NCBI GenBank assembly: GCA_964457725.1 | Contig: CAYWGQ010000002.1 | Coordinates: forward strand, 45,023-109,022 | Direction: 5' to 3' | Origin: an uncultured Gammaproteobacteria bacterium | GTDB taxonomy: Bacteria > Pseudomonadota > Gammaproteobacteria > Steroidobacterales > Rariloculaceae | Length of the DNA stretch: 64,000 nt | Part shown: piece after piece, positions 37,687 to 46,556 of the stretch | How positions within the stretch are numbered: position 1 is the stretch's first letter | Layout of the letters: every line of letters starts with the position of its first letter | Position numbers and translations under genes: made by a program | Notes under the pieces: model-generated | Seen by the model: only the letters and a program-made list of their open reading frames with translations | Told to the model about the DNA's origin: nothing | The model's database searches: none

Positions 37687-38687
37687 TTGAGCCCCAGCCT
37701 GACGATCCGCGCGATCAGCGCCTCGTAGTCGATACCGGCGGCGGCGGCGGACTCCGCGAGATCTTCGCCCATCGCGAGCTCCGGGTTCGCGTTCGCCTCG
37801 AGCACGAAGACACGCCCGTCCTCGCGGAGCCGCACGTCCATTCGCGCGAAGCCGCTCATGTAGAGCGCACGGTAGACGCGCTTCGCGAGCTTGGCGAGCC
37901 GCTGCTCGACGTCGGCGGGCAAGTCCGCCGCGCGGCCCGTCGTGATGCCGTGCTTCTCCCGATACTTGCGGTCCCATTTGACCTTGCGGGTCGCGATGCC
38001 GGTCTGCACCTTCGAGAGCGTGCCGAAGTCCATCTCCCATGCGGGCAGGGCCGTCAGCCGCGTGTTGCCGAGCACGCCGATATAGAGCTCGCGGCCGTCG
38101 ATGTACTCCTCGACCAGCGCGTCCGATTGCACGTGCTCGTGGATGAATTCGACGCGCTCTTTCAGGCTGCGCATGTCCTCGACGATCGAGGCCTGCGAGA
38201 TCCCGAGCGACGCCTCCTCGGTGGCCGACTTCACGATCAGCGGAAAGTCGAGCCGCTTCGGCTCGACGAATCGGCGTCCGTAGGGGAAGAGCCGGAAGGC
38301 GGGCGTCGCGATTCGATGCCACGCGAGCATCTGCTTCGTCAGCACCTTGTCGCGGGACATCATCATCCCGCGGGGATTGCAGCCGGTGTAAGGCTGGCGC
38401 ATGAGCTCGAGGTGTGCGACGACGTAGGAGTCGTACGACGCGATCCCCGAGAACTCGTTCAGCAGGTTGAACACGAGGTCCGGCCGCCACTCGGCGAGCG
38501 CTTCGGACAGCACGGAGAGCCGGTCGCCGAGCCCGAGCGGCCGCACGTCGTGGCCGAGGTCCGAAAGCGTCGTCAGCACGTCGTACTCGGTGCGGAACGG
38601 CTCGATTTCCTCGTCCGTCAGGGAGTCGGCGTTGTCCGGCGGCACGAGATCCTCGTGCACGAGCAGCAGTATCTTCAATCGCTTCAT
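37653..38687 (-). CDS. ATP-grasp enzyme, D-alanine--D-alanine ligase-like family
   Basis: 344 aa. Contains FPLIVKSATEEASLGIS, VEEYIDGRELYIGVLG and RMDVRL..DGRVFVLEANANP. Confidence 0.8.
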   Translation of the reverse strand: MKRLKILLLVHEDLVPPDNADSLTDEEIEPFRTEYDVLTTLSDLGHDVRPLGLGDRLSVLSEALAEWRPDLVFNLLNEFSGIASYDSYVVAHLELMRQPYTGCNPRGMMMSRDKVLTKQMLAWHRIATPAFRLFPYGRRFVEPKRLDFPLIVKSATEEASLGISQASIVEDMRSLKERVEFIHEHVQSDALVEEYIDGRELYIGVLGNTRLTALPAWEMDFGTLSKVQTGIATRKVKWDRKYREKHGITTGRAADLPADVEQRLAKLAKRVYRALYMSGFARMDVRLREDGRVFVLEANANPELAMGEDLAESAAAAGIDYEALIARIVRLGLNYMPEWRMFET

Positions 38688-39718
38688 CTGACGAAGTGCT
38701 CCCGATTCCGGCGCAGGAGATCACGAATCAAATCCGCGTGCAGTGCCGCGAGTCGCCGTTCCGCGCTCCGGCCCGTCGGCGGCGCGAGACCGAGCTCGTC
38801 CGCCCGCTGCGCCACGACGCGGAGCACGTGCTCGACGACGTAGGGATGGAAGCCCGCCTGGCGGAGCTGCCGGCGCAGCGCCGGTGCGTGCCCGGCGAGC
38901 GTCCGTTCGCCCCGTGCGCCGGCACGCGGACGGAGAAGTGCGCGAAGGGCCGCGTCCCAGCGCGACTCGACGTCCGCGTAGCGCCGTTGCTTGTGCCGGT
39001 AATGCGCGCGCAGCGTGCGGCGGTTCGTGTGCAGCGGCGCGATCGTCGTGCGGTCCCGGTTCCGAGGCGGGGTGCCTGCGATCTCGCTCATCAGCCGGTC
39101 GACGAGCTCGAGCTTCTCGAGCGCCGGCCAGCCGGCGTATTCCCGCCGCCAGCGCCGCTTCGGCCCGAGCCAGACGGCGAAGGTTTCCGCGAAGTCCTCG
39201 GTCGGGTGGCTTTGCGCGTACCACGAGGGCAGGTGCAGCACGTAGTCGCGGCTCGCCGGGCGGGCGACGTAGACGCGGGGGTAGGGCTGCGAGACGCGCC
39301 CGAACACGCGGCGGAAATCCGCACGCCGGCGCAGCCGGTACGCGGTGTCGAGCGCGTGCCCCGCCTCGTGCCGCAGGAGCTGCATGCGCCAGCGGCCGCT
39401 GCCGCCTTCGGCTTCGCCGATCAGTCGCCGCTCGAGGCGACAGAGGCGCGGCTGAGCCGCGAAGAACGGCACGGCGATGCCGGGCACGCCGTCCGGAGAG
39501 AACCACGAATCGCTGAGCCAGACGTGCGGGCGAAACGCGATGCCGCGGCGCGCGAGCTCGCCGTACAGGCGTTCGACGTCGGCCTCGACGGTGCTGCCGC
39601 GCACCCGCAACCCGAGGTCGCAGAGCCGCAGATCGAGCAGTGCCTCGTCGTCCCAGTCGGCCCAGCGGGGCGAGCGCTGGCCGGGCCGGCGGGCGGCGCT
39701 CGAATGAGAGTTCTTCAT
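38684..39718 (-). CDS. putative zinc metallopeptidase (HExxH)
   Basis: ATG at 39718 gives a 344 aa product. Contains LLRHEAGHALD (HExxH) plus a downstream HPTEDFAETFAVWL. Its stop overlaps the ATP-grasp start by 4 nt. Confidence 0.65.
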   Translation of the reverse strand: MKNSHSSAARRPGQRSPRWADWDDEALLDLRLCDLGLRVRGSTVEADVERLYGELARRGIAFRPHVWLSDSWFSPDGVPGIAVPFFAAQPRLCRLERRLIGEAEGGSGRWRMQLLRHEAGHALDTAYRLRRRADFRRVFGRVSQPYPRVYVARPASRDYVLHLPSWYAQSHPTEDFAETFAVWLGPKRRWRREYAGWPALEKLELVDRLMSEIAGTPPRNRDRTTIAPLHTNRRTLRAHYRHKQRRYADVESRWDAALRALLRPRAGARGERTLAGHAPALRRQLRQAGFHPYVVEHVLRVVAQRADELGLAPPTGRSAERRLAALHADLIRDLLRRNREHFVR

Positions 39719-39839
39719 GCGAGCGCGATCGTAACGTATCGAGGGGCGTAACCGTCCCGTGCCCAGCACTGCAGCGGGACGCGGGACCATAGTAGAATCG
39801 GTTCGTCCGCAGGCCGGCAGCCCAAGGGGGGAGCAGCAC

Positions 39840-40238
39840 ATGGGCAGACGCACTCAGGTCGCCGCAGCACTGGTTCTCGCGCTCGCAGGCGCATCCGCCG
39901 CCGCGCATCACTCGTTCACGGCCACTTACTTCGAGGACCGGACGATCGAGATCGAGGGGAAGCTGCTCCAGTTCATGTTCCGCAATCCGCACTCGTTCGT
40001 GCACGTCGAGGCGCCGGACGAGAACGGGCAGCCACAGCGCTGGGCCGTCGAGTGGGGCGGGGCCGGGCAGCTGTCGAGCCAGGGGGTCACGAACCAGACG
40101 CTGCGCCCCGGCGACATCGTGACGATCACCGGCAATCCGGGCCGCGATCCGAAAGATCATCGGATCCGCATGCTCTATCTGAAGCGCAATTCCGACGGCT
40201 TCGACTGGGGCCGGCGCCCCGGCGAGACCTTCAACTAG
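39840..40238 (+). CDS. AHHS small periplasmic protein (DUF6152-like)
   Basis: ATG at 39840 follows AAGGGGGGAG. The 132 aa product has a signal peptide ending SAAA, then HHSFTATYF, RNPHSFVHVE, WAVEWGG and GDIVTITG. Confidence 0.75.
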   Translation: MGRRTQVAAALVLALAGASAAAHHSFTATYFEDRTIEIEGKLLQFMFRNPHSFVHVEAPDENGQPQRWAVEWGGAGQLSSQGVTNQTLRPGDIVTITGNPGRDPKDHRIRMLYLKRNSDGFDWGRRPGETFN

Positions 40239-40247
40239 CGCTTCGCC

Positions 40248-41096
40248 GTGCGTGCGCTCCTTCTCGCCGCGTCGCTAGCGCTCGCGGCCGCGCCTGCAAC
40301 CGGGCAATTGAGCCTCGTCGGGGAGTGGGCGGGCCGCTACCACGAGGATCAGGCGGACCGCATCCCGGGCGACGTCCAGGGCGATTTCACCGGGGTGCCG
40401 CTGAACGACGCGGCGCGGCGCTACGCCGAGGCGTTCGACGTGACCCGCGTCGCCGTGCTCGAGCACCAGTGCCAGCCGTACAACGTCGCGCACATCTACC
40501 GGGGGCCGCTGCAGTTCCGGATCTGGGAAGAGAAGGATCCGGCGACGCAGGAGATCGTCGCCTACCGCCAGTATCTCGGCACTTACCAGCAGTGGCGCAC
40601 GATCTGGATGGACGGCCGCCCGCATCCGCCGGACTACGTCCCGCACACGTTCATGGGCTTCTCCACCGGCCGCTGGGACGGCGACATCCTCACCGTGCAC
40701 ACCACGCACATCAAGAAGGAGTTCTACCGGCGCAGCGGCATCCCGAGCAGCGACCAGACGACGATGGTCGAGCACTACATTCGCCACGGCGACCTGCTGT
40801 CGCACGTGATGATCATCACGGACCCGGTATATCTGACGGAGCCGTACGTGAACAGCCAGGAGTTCGTGCTGATGGAGCGCGGCAACCAGAACTGGCTCTA
40901 CAACTGCGAGTACGTGATGGAAGTGCCGATGCCGAAGCACGACGTGCCGCACTACCTGCCCGGTCAGAATCCGTTCATCGAGGATTTCGCGCAGAAGTTC
41001 GGGCTGCCGTTCGAGGCGGTGTTCGGCGGTGCGGAGACGCTCTATCCGGAGTATCAGCCGCGGCTCGAGGCGCTGATGAACGGCGGCGGACGATGA
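40248..41096 (+). CDS. secreted hypothetical protein, partner family
   Basis: A GTG start lies 9 nt after the 39840 gene stop. The 282 aa product has a signal peptide and contains VPLNDAARRYAEAFD, DGRPHPP, GFSTGRWDGDILTVHTT, MVEHY, ITDPVYLTEPY and the Cys pair HQC/YNC. Confidence 0.75.
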   Translation: MRALLLAASLALAAAPATGQLSLVGEWAGRYHEDQADRIPGDVQGDFTGVPLNDAARRYAEAFDVTRVAVLEHQCQPYNVAHIYRGPLQFRIWEEKDPATQEIVAYRQYLGTYQQWRTIWMDGRPHPPDYVPHTFMGFSTGRWDGDILTVHTTHIKKEFYRRSGIPSSDQTTMVEHYIRHGDLLSHVMIITDPVYLTEPYVNSQEFVLMERGNQNWLYNCEYVMEVPMPKHDVPHYLPGQNPFIEDFAQKFGLPFEAVFGGAETLYPEYQPRLEALMNGGGR

Positions 41097-42016
41097 CGCG
41101 CGCGACTCGGGTATCCGCCGCGGTCGCCGCGCTGCTCGCCGCGGTCGCGCTCGATGCGAACGCGCAGCGCGGCGGGATCGACACCTACCACGTGCAAGGC
41201 AACGTCTACATGCTGATCGGGGCGGACGCGAACGTCGCCGTCCAGATCGGCGAGGAAGGCATCCTCGTCGTCGACACGGGCGGCGCGGCGACGCGCGACG
41301 CCGTTCTCGCAGCGATCCGCACCCTGTCGGACAAGCCGATTCGCTGGATCGTGAACACCCACGCGGACGTCGACCACACCGGCGGCAACGAGACCATTTC
41401 CCAGGCGGGCATGACCGTCAACGGCAACCCTGCCGCGATCATCGCGCACGAGCGCGTGCTCACGCGGATGTCCGAGGAAGACCGGCCGATCACCGAGTGG
41501 CCGCTAAACACGTTCTTCGAGTCGCAGCGCGACTTCAGCTTCAACGGCGAGGCGATCTTCCTGTATCACGTGCCGGACGCGCACACGGACGGCGACGTGA
41601 TCGTGTACTTCCGCGGCTCCGACGTGCTCGTCGCGGGCGATCTCTTCGTCACGACCACGTATCCGGTGATCGATCGCGACTCGGGCGGCGGCGTGCAGGG
41701 TTTCATCGACGGGCTGAACCTGATGCTCGACATCGCGGTGCCGCGCTATCTCCAGGAAGGCGGGACGTACGTGATCCCCGGGCACGGGAGGCTCGGCGAC
41801 GAGGCGGACATCGTCGAGTATCGGGACATGGTCGTGATCATCCGCGATCGCGTCCGGGACATGATCGATCGCGGGATGACGCTCGAGCAGGTGCTCGCGG
41901 CGCGTCCGTCGCTCGACTACGACACGCGCTACGGCAGCGGTCGCGGCGAGTGGACGACGCGGATGTTCGTCGAGGCCGTGTACCGCGATCTGGCGGCGAA
42001 AGGAGGCAGTGAGTGA
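41093..42016 (+). CDS. MBL-fold metallo-hydrolase (secreted)
   Basis: ATG at 41093 overlaps the preceding stop. Has a signal peptide. Contains NTHADVDHTGGN at the HxHxDH position, HTDGDVIVYF and IPGHG. It is a paralog of 21025..21951. Confidence 0.8.
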   Translation: MTRATRVSAAVAALLAAVALDANAQRGGIDTYHVQGNVYMLIGADANVAVQIGEEGILVVDTGGAATRDAVLAAIRTLSDKPIRWIVNTHADVDHTGGNETISQAGMTVNGNPAAIIAHERVLTRMSEEDRPITEWPLNTFFESQRDFSFNGEAIFLYHVPDAHTDGDVIVYFRGSDVLVAGDLFVTTTYPVIDRDSGGGVQGFIDGLNLMLDIAVPRYLQEGGTYVIPGHGRLGDEADIVEYRDMVVIIRDRVRDMIDRGMTLEQVLAARPSLDYDTRYGSGRGEWTTRMFVEAVYRDLAAKGGSE

Positions 42017-42870
42017 GCGTCCGGAAGATCGCGGCCAGCGGCCGCCTCGCGGCCGGGATCGGCGCGGCGGTGCTCGCCTCGGCCGCGTTCGCGCAGAACG
42101 AGAGTGCGCAAGAGGCCGCGCGGATCGACCTGACGGGCTACTGGGTTTCCGTCGTCAGCGAGGACTGGCGCCACCGGATGGCGACGCCGCGCCGCGGCGA
42201 TTACGAGAGCGTGCCGCTGAACGACGAAGGCCGTCGCGTCGCCGATCAATGGGATCTCGAGCGCGACAACGCGGCGGGCCTCGAGTGCAAGGCGTTCGGC
42301 GTCGGCGGCTTGATGCGGCAGCCCGGCCGGTTGCGCATCGAGTGGGACGACCCGAATACGCTCCGGATCGATTTCGACGCCGGCACGCAGACGCGGCTGC
42401 TGCACTTCGATCCCGGCGTCGCGCCGCCCGCGGAGAAGACGTGGCAAGGGCATTCCGTCGCCGAATGGGTCGGGCCCCCGCGGCCGCGCGGCCAAGCGCC
42501 GGTCCGCGCGCAGATCGGCAACAGCGCCGGGCCGATCGCGCCGGGCGGCGGCGGGCGAGGGCAGCGCGGCGGGCCGCCGCCGCCGGCCTCGGTCAACGAG
42601 GGCGGCGCGCTGAAGGTCGTTACGACCGGCTTCCGCGAAGGCTACCTGCGGAAGAACGGCGTGCCGTACAGCGAATCCGCCGTGATCACGGAGTATTTCC
42701 ATCGGCTGCCGCAGCATCCGAACGGCGACACGTGGCTGCACGTCGTCACGATCGTCGAGGACCCGCTATACCTGAACGAGCCCTTTTACACGAGCACGCA
42801 TTTCAAGCTCGAGCCGAGCGGCGCACGGTGGAATCCGACTCCGTGCCGTACCGCGCCGCCGCCGCCGTAA
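42013..42870 (+). CDS. secreted hypothetical protein, divergent partner-family member with Gly/Pro-rich insert
   Basis: A GTG at 42013 (RBS AGGAGG) overlaps the MBL stop. Contains LTGYWVSVVSEDW, VPLNDEGRRVADQWD, LKVVTTGF, ITEYF and VEDPLYLNEPFY. It carries an insert, PGGGGRGQRGGPPPP. Confidence 0.7.
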   Translation: MSVRKIAASGRLAAGIGAAVLASAAFAQNESAQEAARIDLTGYWVSVVSEDWRHRMATPRRGDYESVPLNDEGRRVADQWDLERDNAAGLECKAFGVGGLMRQPGRLRIEWDDPNTLRIDFDAGTQTRLLHFDPGVAPPAEKTWQGHSVAEWVGPPRPRGQAPVRAQIGNSAGPIAPGGGGRGQRGGPPPPASVNEGGALKVVTTGFREGYLRKNGVPYSESAVITEYFHRLPQHPNGDTWLHVVTIVEDPLYLNEPFYTSTHFKLEPSGARWNPTPCRTAPPPP

Positions 42871-42921
42871 CCCTTCGCCGCGAGCGCTCGAGGCCGCAGG
42901 CGTTTGCGCGGCGCAGGCGGT

Positions 42922-45342
42922 TCAGCGGGGTGCGAACGGGGCGCGAACCGCTTCGCGAAGCCGCTCGAGGCGCACCGGCGATCCGGTGAACAGGGTTTCG
43001 GGCAGCGCCGGCGGGCGCGGCGCGAGCGCCGCGAAGATCTCGGCGGCCTCATAGCGGTTCAGCCCTTCGCCGGCGAGGTACTGGAGGCGCAAGTTGCGGT
43101 CCTGGTTCAGTGCCGCACCCCGGAGCACGGGCCCGAGCTCGGACGGGCCGGCCGCGTACGTCCCGAGCAGCGCGGTCGCCGATTCGAAGCCGACCTCCCG
43201 GAGCGACCGGGCGACCTCGGCGTAGCGCACGCTCTGCAGCAGCCGCTCGAGCCGGTCGACGTCGAGCGCTTCGCCGCCGGCCCGGCCGAGCAGCACGGCG
43301 TCGTAGCCCGCGCCGTGCACGCGATTCGCGAACAGCGCGCCGTCCGGAAAGACCTCGAAGAACGTCGCGAGCTCGCTCCGCACGGCTTCCTCGGTCGTCT
43401 CGTAGAGCTGCACGAACACGGTCACCGCGCCGCCCGGCCGGAGCCGCGAGCGCACCAGCCGCCAGAACTCGACCGTGTAGAGCGCGGCCGCCCCCTTCAC
43501 CCACGGATCGAGCGGATCGGAGGTGATCACGTCGAACGTCTCGCGCGACGTCTCGAGCAGGTGGCGGCCGTCGTCGATCACGATCCGCACTTTCGGATTC
43601 GCCGTCACGTCGAAGCTCTCGGCCGCGAAGTGCGGCGCGACGCCCCGTACCACGAGCGGCTCGAGCTCCGCGACGACGACCTGCTCGACCGCTGGATCGA
43701 TCGCGACGGCGCCCGCCGTGACGCCCGCGCCGAGCCCGATCACGAGGGCCGAGCGCGGCTCCTCGGCCGCGAGTGTCGCGAGGTGACCGAGCATCCGTTG
43801 CAGCCGCATGTCCTGCGGGTAGCTCGACGCCTGCGCCTTCCCGGCGCTGTGGAAGCTGCGCCGGCCGTCGGCGTCTTCCGTCACTGCGACGGAGGCGCTT
43901 CTGCCTTCGCCTGCGAACAGCACGCGTACGCCCTCGGCGCGCGTCGGCAGGAAGCGCCCGTAGGCGATCAGCTCGCCGGGAACGGCCGGCACGGCCGCCG
44001 CGAACGCGGCCGCTACGGCAACGGCGCCGGCGGCGAGCGCGACGCGCCGCCGCGGCGGCTCGGCTCGGTAGCCGGGCCGTGCGAGCAGCATGGCGCCAGC
44101 CGCGGCGGCGGCTGCGATCATCAGCTGCTGCGTGAGCTGGCTGCCGGCGAGCGCGACGAGCACGAATCCGGCGGCGAGCGCACCCGCGATCGCGCCGAGC
44201 GTGTTCGCGGCGTACACGTGCCCGGTCAGCCGCGCCGGATCGCCGCCCGGTGCGGCTGCCGCGGCGATCGCGAGCGGCACGCTCGCGCCCCAAGCCACCG
44301 CGGCGGGCAGCACGGCGAACGCGATCCGCATCAGATCGATCGGCAGCGCCGCGGCCGCGACCGCCGGTAGCGTCGGATCGATCGGCCAGTAGGGCAGGAG
44401 GCGCGCGATCGCGAATGCGGCCCACGCGATCGCCGCGCACGCGAGCAGCTGACAGACGCCGAGCGCTGCACCCGGGTCGAACCGCCGGCCGCACGCGGCG
44501 CCGAGCGCGGCGCCCGCGCCGAGGCCCGCGAGGACGACGGCGAGGATCAGCGCGAACGTGTAGACCGTGCCGCCGAGGAGCAGCGACAGTTGCCGCGTCC
44601 AGACGACCTCGGCCGCGAGCGCGGTCATGCCCGAGAGCGCGATCGCGACGTAGAGCGTCCCGCGCTGCGCCGTATGGCGCTCGGCCCGAGCGACGGCAGC
44701 CGCGGCTCGCGTCGGCGCAGTCGCCTGCCGCCGGCTCGATCGGCCGAGCGCGAACGCGGCCACGGCCGCTCCGCCGTTGAGCGCGGCAGCGGCGAGCGTC
44801 GCGACGGTCGTGTCGTAGACGCGCAGCAGATGGAAGCCCGCGACGATGCAGCCGAGCACGCCGCCGACGAGGTTCGCGGCGTAGAGCGCGCCGAGACCGG
44901 CCGCGCCGCGCGGCGTCGTGTCGAGCACTCGGCCGAGCGCGGGCAGCGTCGCGCCCATCAGCACGGTAGGCGGCAGCAGGCACAGTGCGGCGAGGACGGC
45001 GCGCGCGGCGAGGCCGCCGTTACCGCCCCAAGCCGCATAGGCGCTCGCGAGCGCCGGCAGCCCGAGCAGCACCGCCAGGCCTGCGAGACCGGTCGCGATC
45101 TCGAGCGTCGCGTAGACGCGGAGCGGATCGAGCCGCGCGGGCAAGACGCGCCAGCACGCGAGGCTCCCGATGCAGAGGCCCCCCATGAACGTCGCGAGCA
45201 GCACCCCGAGCGACGGCGCGGACGCGCCGATCACGAGCGCGAGGAGCTGGAACCAGACGAGCTGATAGACGAGCGCCGCCGCGCCGCTCGCGAGCGCGAG
45301 CGCCGCAAGCGCCGGCGCGGATGGAGGCTGGGCGTTCGTCAT
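42922..45342 (-). CDS. fused polytopic-membrane / spermidine synthase-like protein
   Basis: ATG at 45342 (alternative start 45360). About 480 aa of hydrophobic repeats are followed by LVIGLGAGVTAG...FDVITSDPLDPW...GGAVTVFVQ (aminopropyltransferase fold). The track ORF extension to 46413 is rejected. Confidence 0.8.
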   Translation of the reverse strand: MTNAQPPSAPALAALALASGAAALVYQLVWFQLLALVIGASAPSLGVLLATFMGGLCIGSLACWRVLPARLDPLRVYATLEIATGLAGLAVLLGLPALASAYAAWGGNGGLAARAVLAALCLLPPTVLMGATLPALGRVLDTTPRGAAGLGALYAANLVGGVLGCIVAGFHLLRVYDTTVATLAAAALNGGAAVAAFALGRSSRRQATAPTRAAAAVARAERHTAQRGTLYVAIALSGMTALAAEVVWTRQLSLLLGGTVYTFALILAVVLAGLGAGAALGAACGRRFDPGAALGVCQLLACAAIAWAAFAIARLLPYWPIDPTLPAVAAAALPIDLMRIAFAVLPAAVAWGASVPLAIAAAAAPGGDPARLTGHVYAANTLGAIAGALAAGFVLVALAGSQLTQQLMIAAAAAAGAMLLARPGYRAEPPRRRVALAAGAVAVAAAFAAAVPAVPGELIAYGRFLPTRAEGVRVLFAGEGRSASVAVTEDADGRRSFHSAGKAQASSYPQDMRLQRMLGHLATLAAEEPRSALVIGLGAGVTAGAVAIDPAVEQVVVAELEPLVVRGVAPHFAAESFDVTANPKVRIVIDDGRHLLETSRETFDVITSDPLDPWVKGAAALYTVEFWRLVRSRLRPGGAVTVFVQLYETTEEAVRSELATFFEVFPDGALFANRVHGAGYDAVLLGRAGGEALDVDRLERLLQSVRYAEVARSLREVGFESATALLGTYAAGPSELGPVLRGAALNQDRNLRLQYLAGEGLNRYEAAEIFAALAPRPPALPETLFTGSPVRLERLREAVRAPFAPR

Positions 45343-45471
45343 GGAAGGTCGCGCGAGCATAGGCGAAAGGTTCGGGCCGGGGCTAGCAGGCGGACCGGGT
45401 CCCGCCGACGCGGGCAATGCGTGGCACCGAAGTTGCAACGACGTCGCCCCCGGGACGAAGCGGAGCGAGCG

Positions 45472-46434
45472 ATGAGCAGCGCAACCGAGGTCGATCACGG
45501 CCGGATGGCGACCCGGCCGAAGGAGCTGACGAAGGACGCTTGGCTCGACATCGGCAGCCGCGTGAGGCGAGGGGTCGGCCGGGACAACCTGTCGATGATG
45601 GCGGCCGGCGCGGCGTTCTACGGCCTGTTCGCGATCTTCCCCGCGATCGCCGCGTTGGTGTCGCTGTACGGGCTGTTCACGGACGCAGCGACCGTCACGG
45701 AGCACATGCGCGCGCTCGAGGGGGTGCTGCCCGAGGAGGCACGCGGTGTCCTCGACCAGCAGCTGCGGCGCGTCAGCGGCAGCGCCGATCAGGCGCTCGG
45801 TTTCGGCGTGATCGCCGGGTTGCTGATCGCGATCTGGAGCTCCACGCGCGGCATAAAGGCGCTGATGACCGCGCTGAACGTCGTCTACAACGAGGAGGAG
45901 AAGCGCGGCTTCATCGCGCTCAACGCGACGGCGTTGCTCCTGACCGCGACGGTGCTGGTCGTCGTAGCGGTGTCGCTCGCGGCGATCGCGCTCGTGCCGG
46001 TCATCGTCGCGCAGCTGCCTCTGCCGCCGATCGCGGAGACGCTGGCACGGCTGCTGCGCTGGCCCCTGCTCGCGCTGGTCTCGCTGCTGTCGCTCGCGAT
46101 GGTCTACCGCTACGGTCCGAGCCGGACGCGCGCCCAGTGGCGGTGGGTGACGTGGGGCGCCGCCGTTGCGACGTTGCTCTGGCTGATCGTGTCGGGGCTC
46201 TTCTCGTGGTATGTGTCGAGCTTCGGCAGCTACAACGAGACGTACGGCTCGGTCGCCGCGATCGCCGTGCTGATGATGTGGCTGTGGCTGTCGGCGTTCG
46301 TGATGCTGATCGGCGGCGAGATCAACGCGGAGATGGAGCATCAGACGCGGCGCGACACGACGATCGGCCGTCCCGAGCCGCTCGGCGAGCGCGGCGCCTA
46401 CGTCGCCGACCACGTCGGCGACCCGCGCCGCTGA
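45472..46434 (+). CDS. YihY/BrkB-family membrane protein
   Basis: 320 aa. Contains MMAAGAAFYGLFAIFPAIAAL, IWSSTRGIKALMTALN and YGSVAAIAVLMMWLWLSAFVMLIGGEINAE. Confidence 0.8.
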   Translation: MSSATEVDHGRMATRPKELTKDAWLDIGSRVRRGVGRDNLSMMAAGAAFYGLFAIFPAIAALVSLYGLFTDAATVTEHMRALEGVLPEEARGVLDQQLRRVSGSADQALGFGVIAGLLIAIWSSTRGIKALMTALNVVYNEEEKRGFIALNATALLLTATVLVVVAVSLAAIALVPVIVAQLPLPPIAETLARLLRWPLLALVSLLSLAMVYRYGPSRTRAQWRWVTWGAAVATLLWLIVSGLFSWYVSSFGSYNETYGSVAAIAVLMMWLWLSAFVMLIGGEINAEMEHQTRRDTTIGRPEPLGERGAYVADHVGDPRR

Positions 46435-46556
46435 GGGTCACATCCGCTCCTGCGACGACGATCGGGCGATGGAGAAAGTCGCGGCGATCGCCTATTCTTG
46501 CGACAACGCCTTGGGGGTCGGTGCCCGCGTCCGCGCGGCGCCGTGAGGAGTCGACG

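Noticed and set aside
45343-46413. N-terminal extension of the spermidine-synthase-like ORF to 1163 aa
   Set aside because: The extension is antisense to the well-supported yihY-like gene and is Arg/His/Asp-rich. A clean membrane-protein N-terminus begins at ATG 45342.
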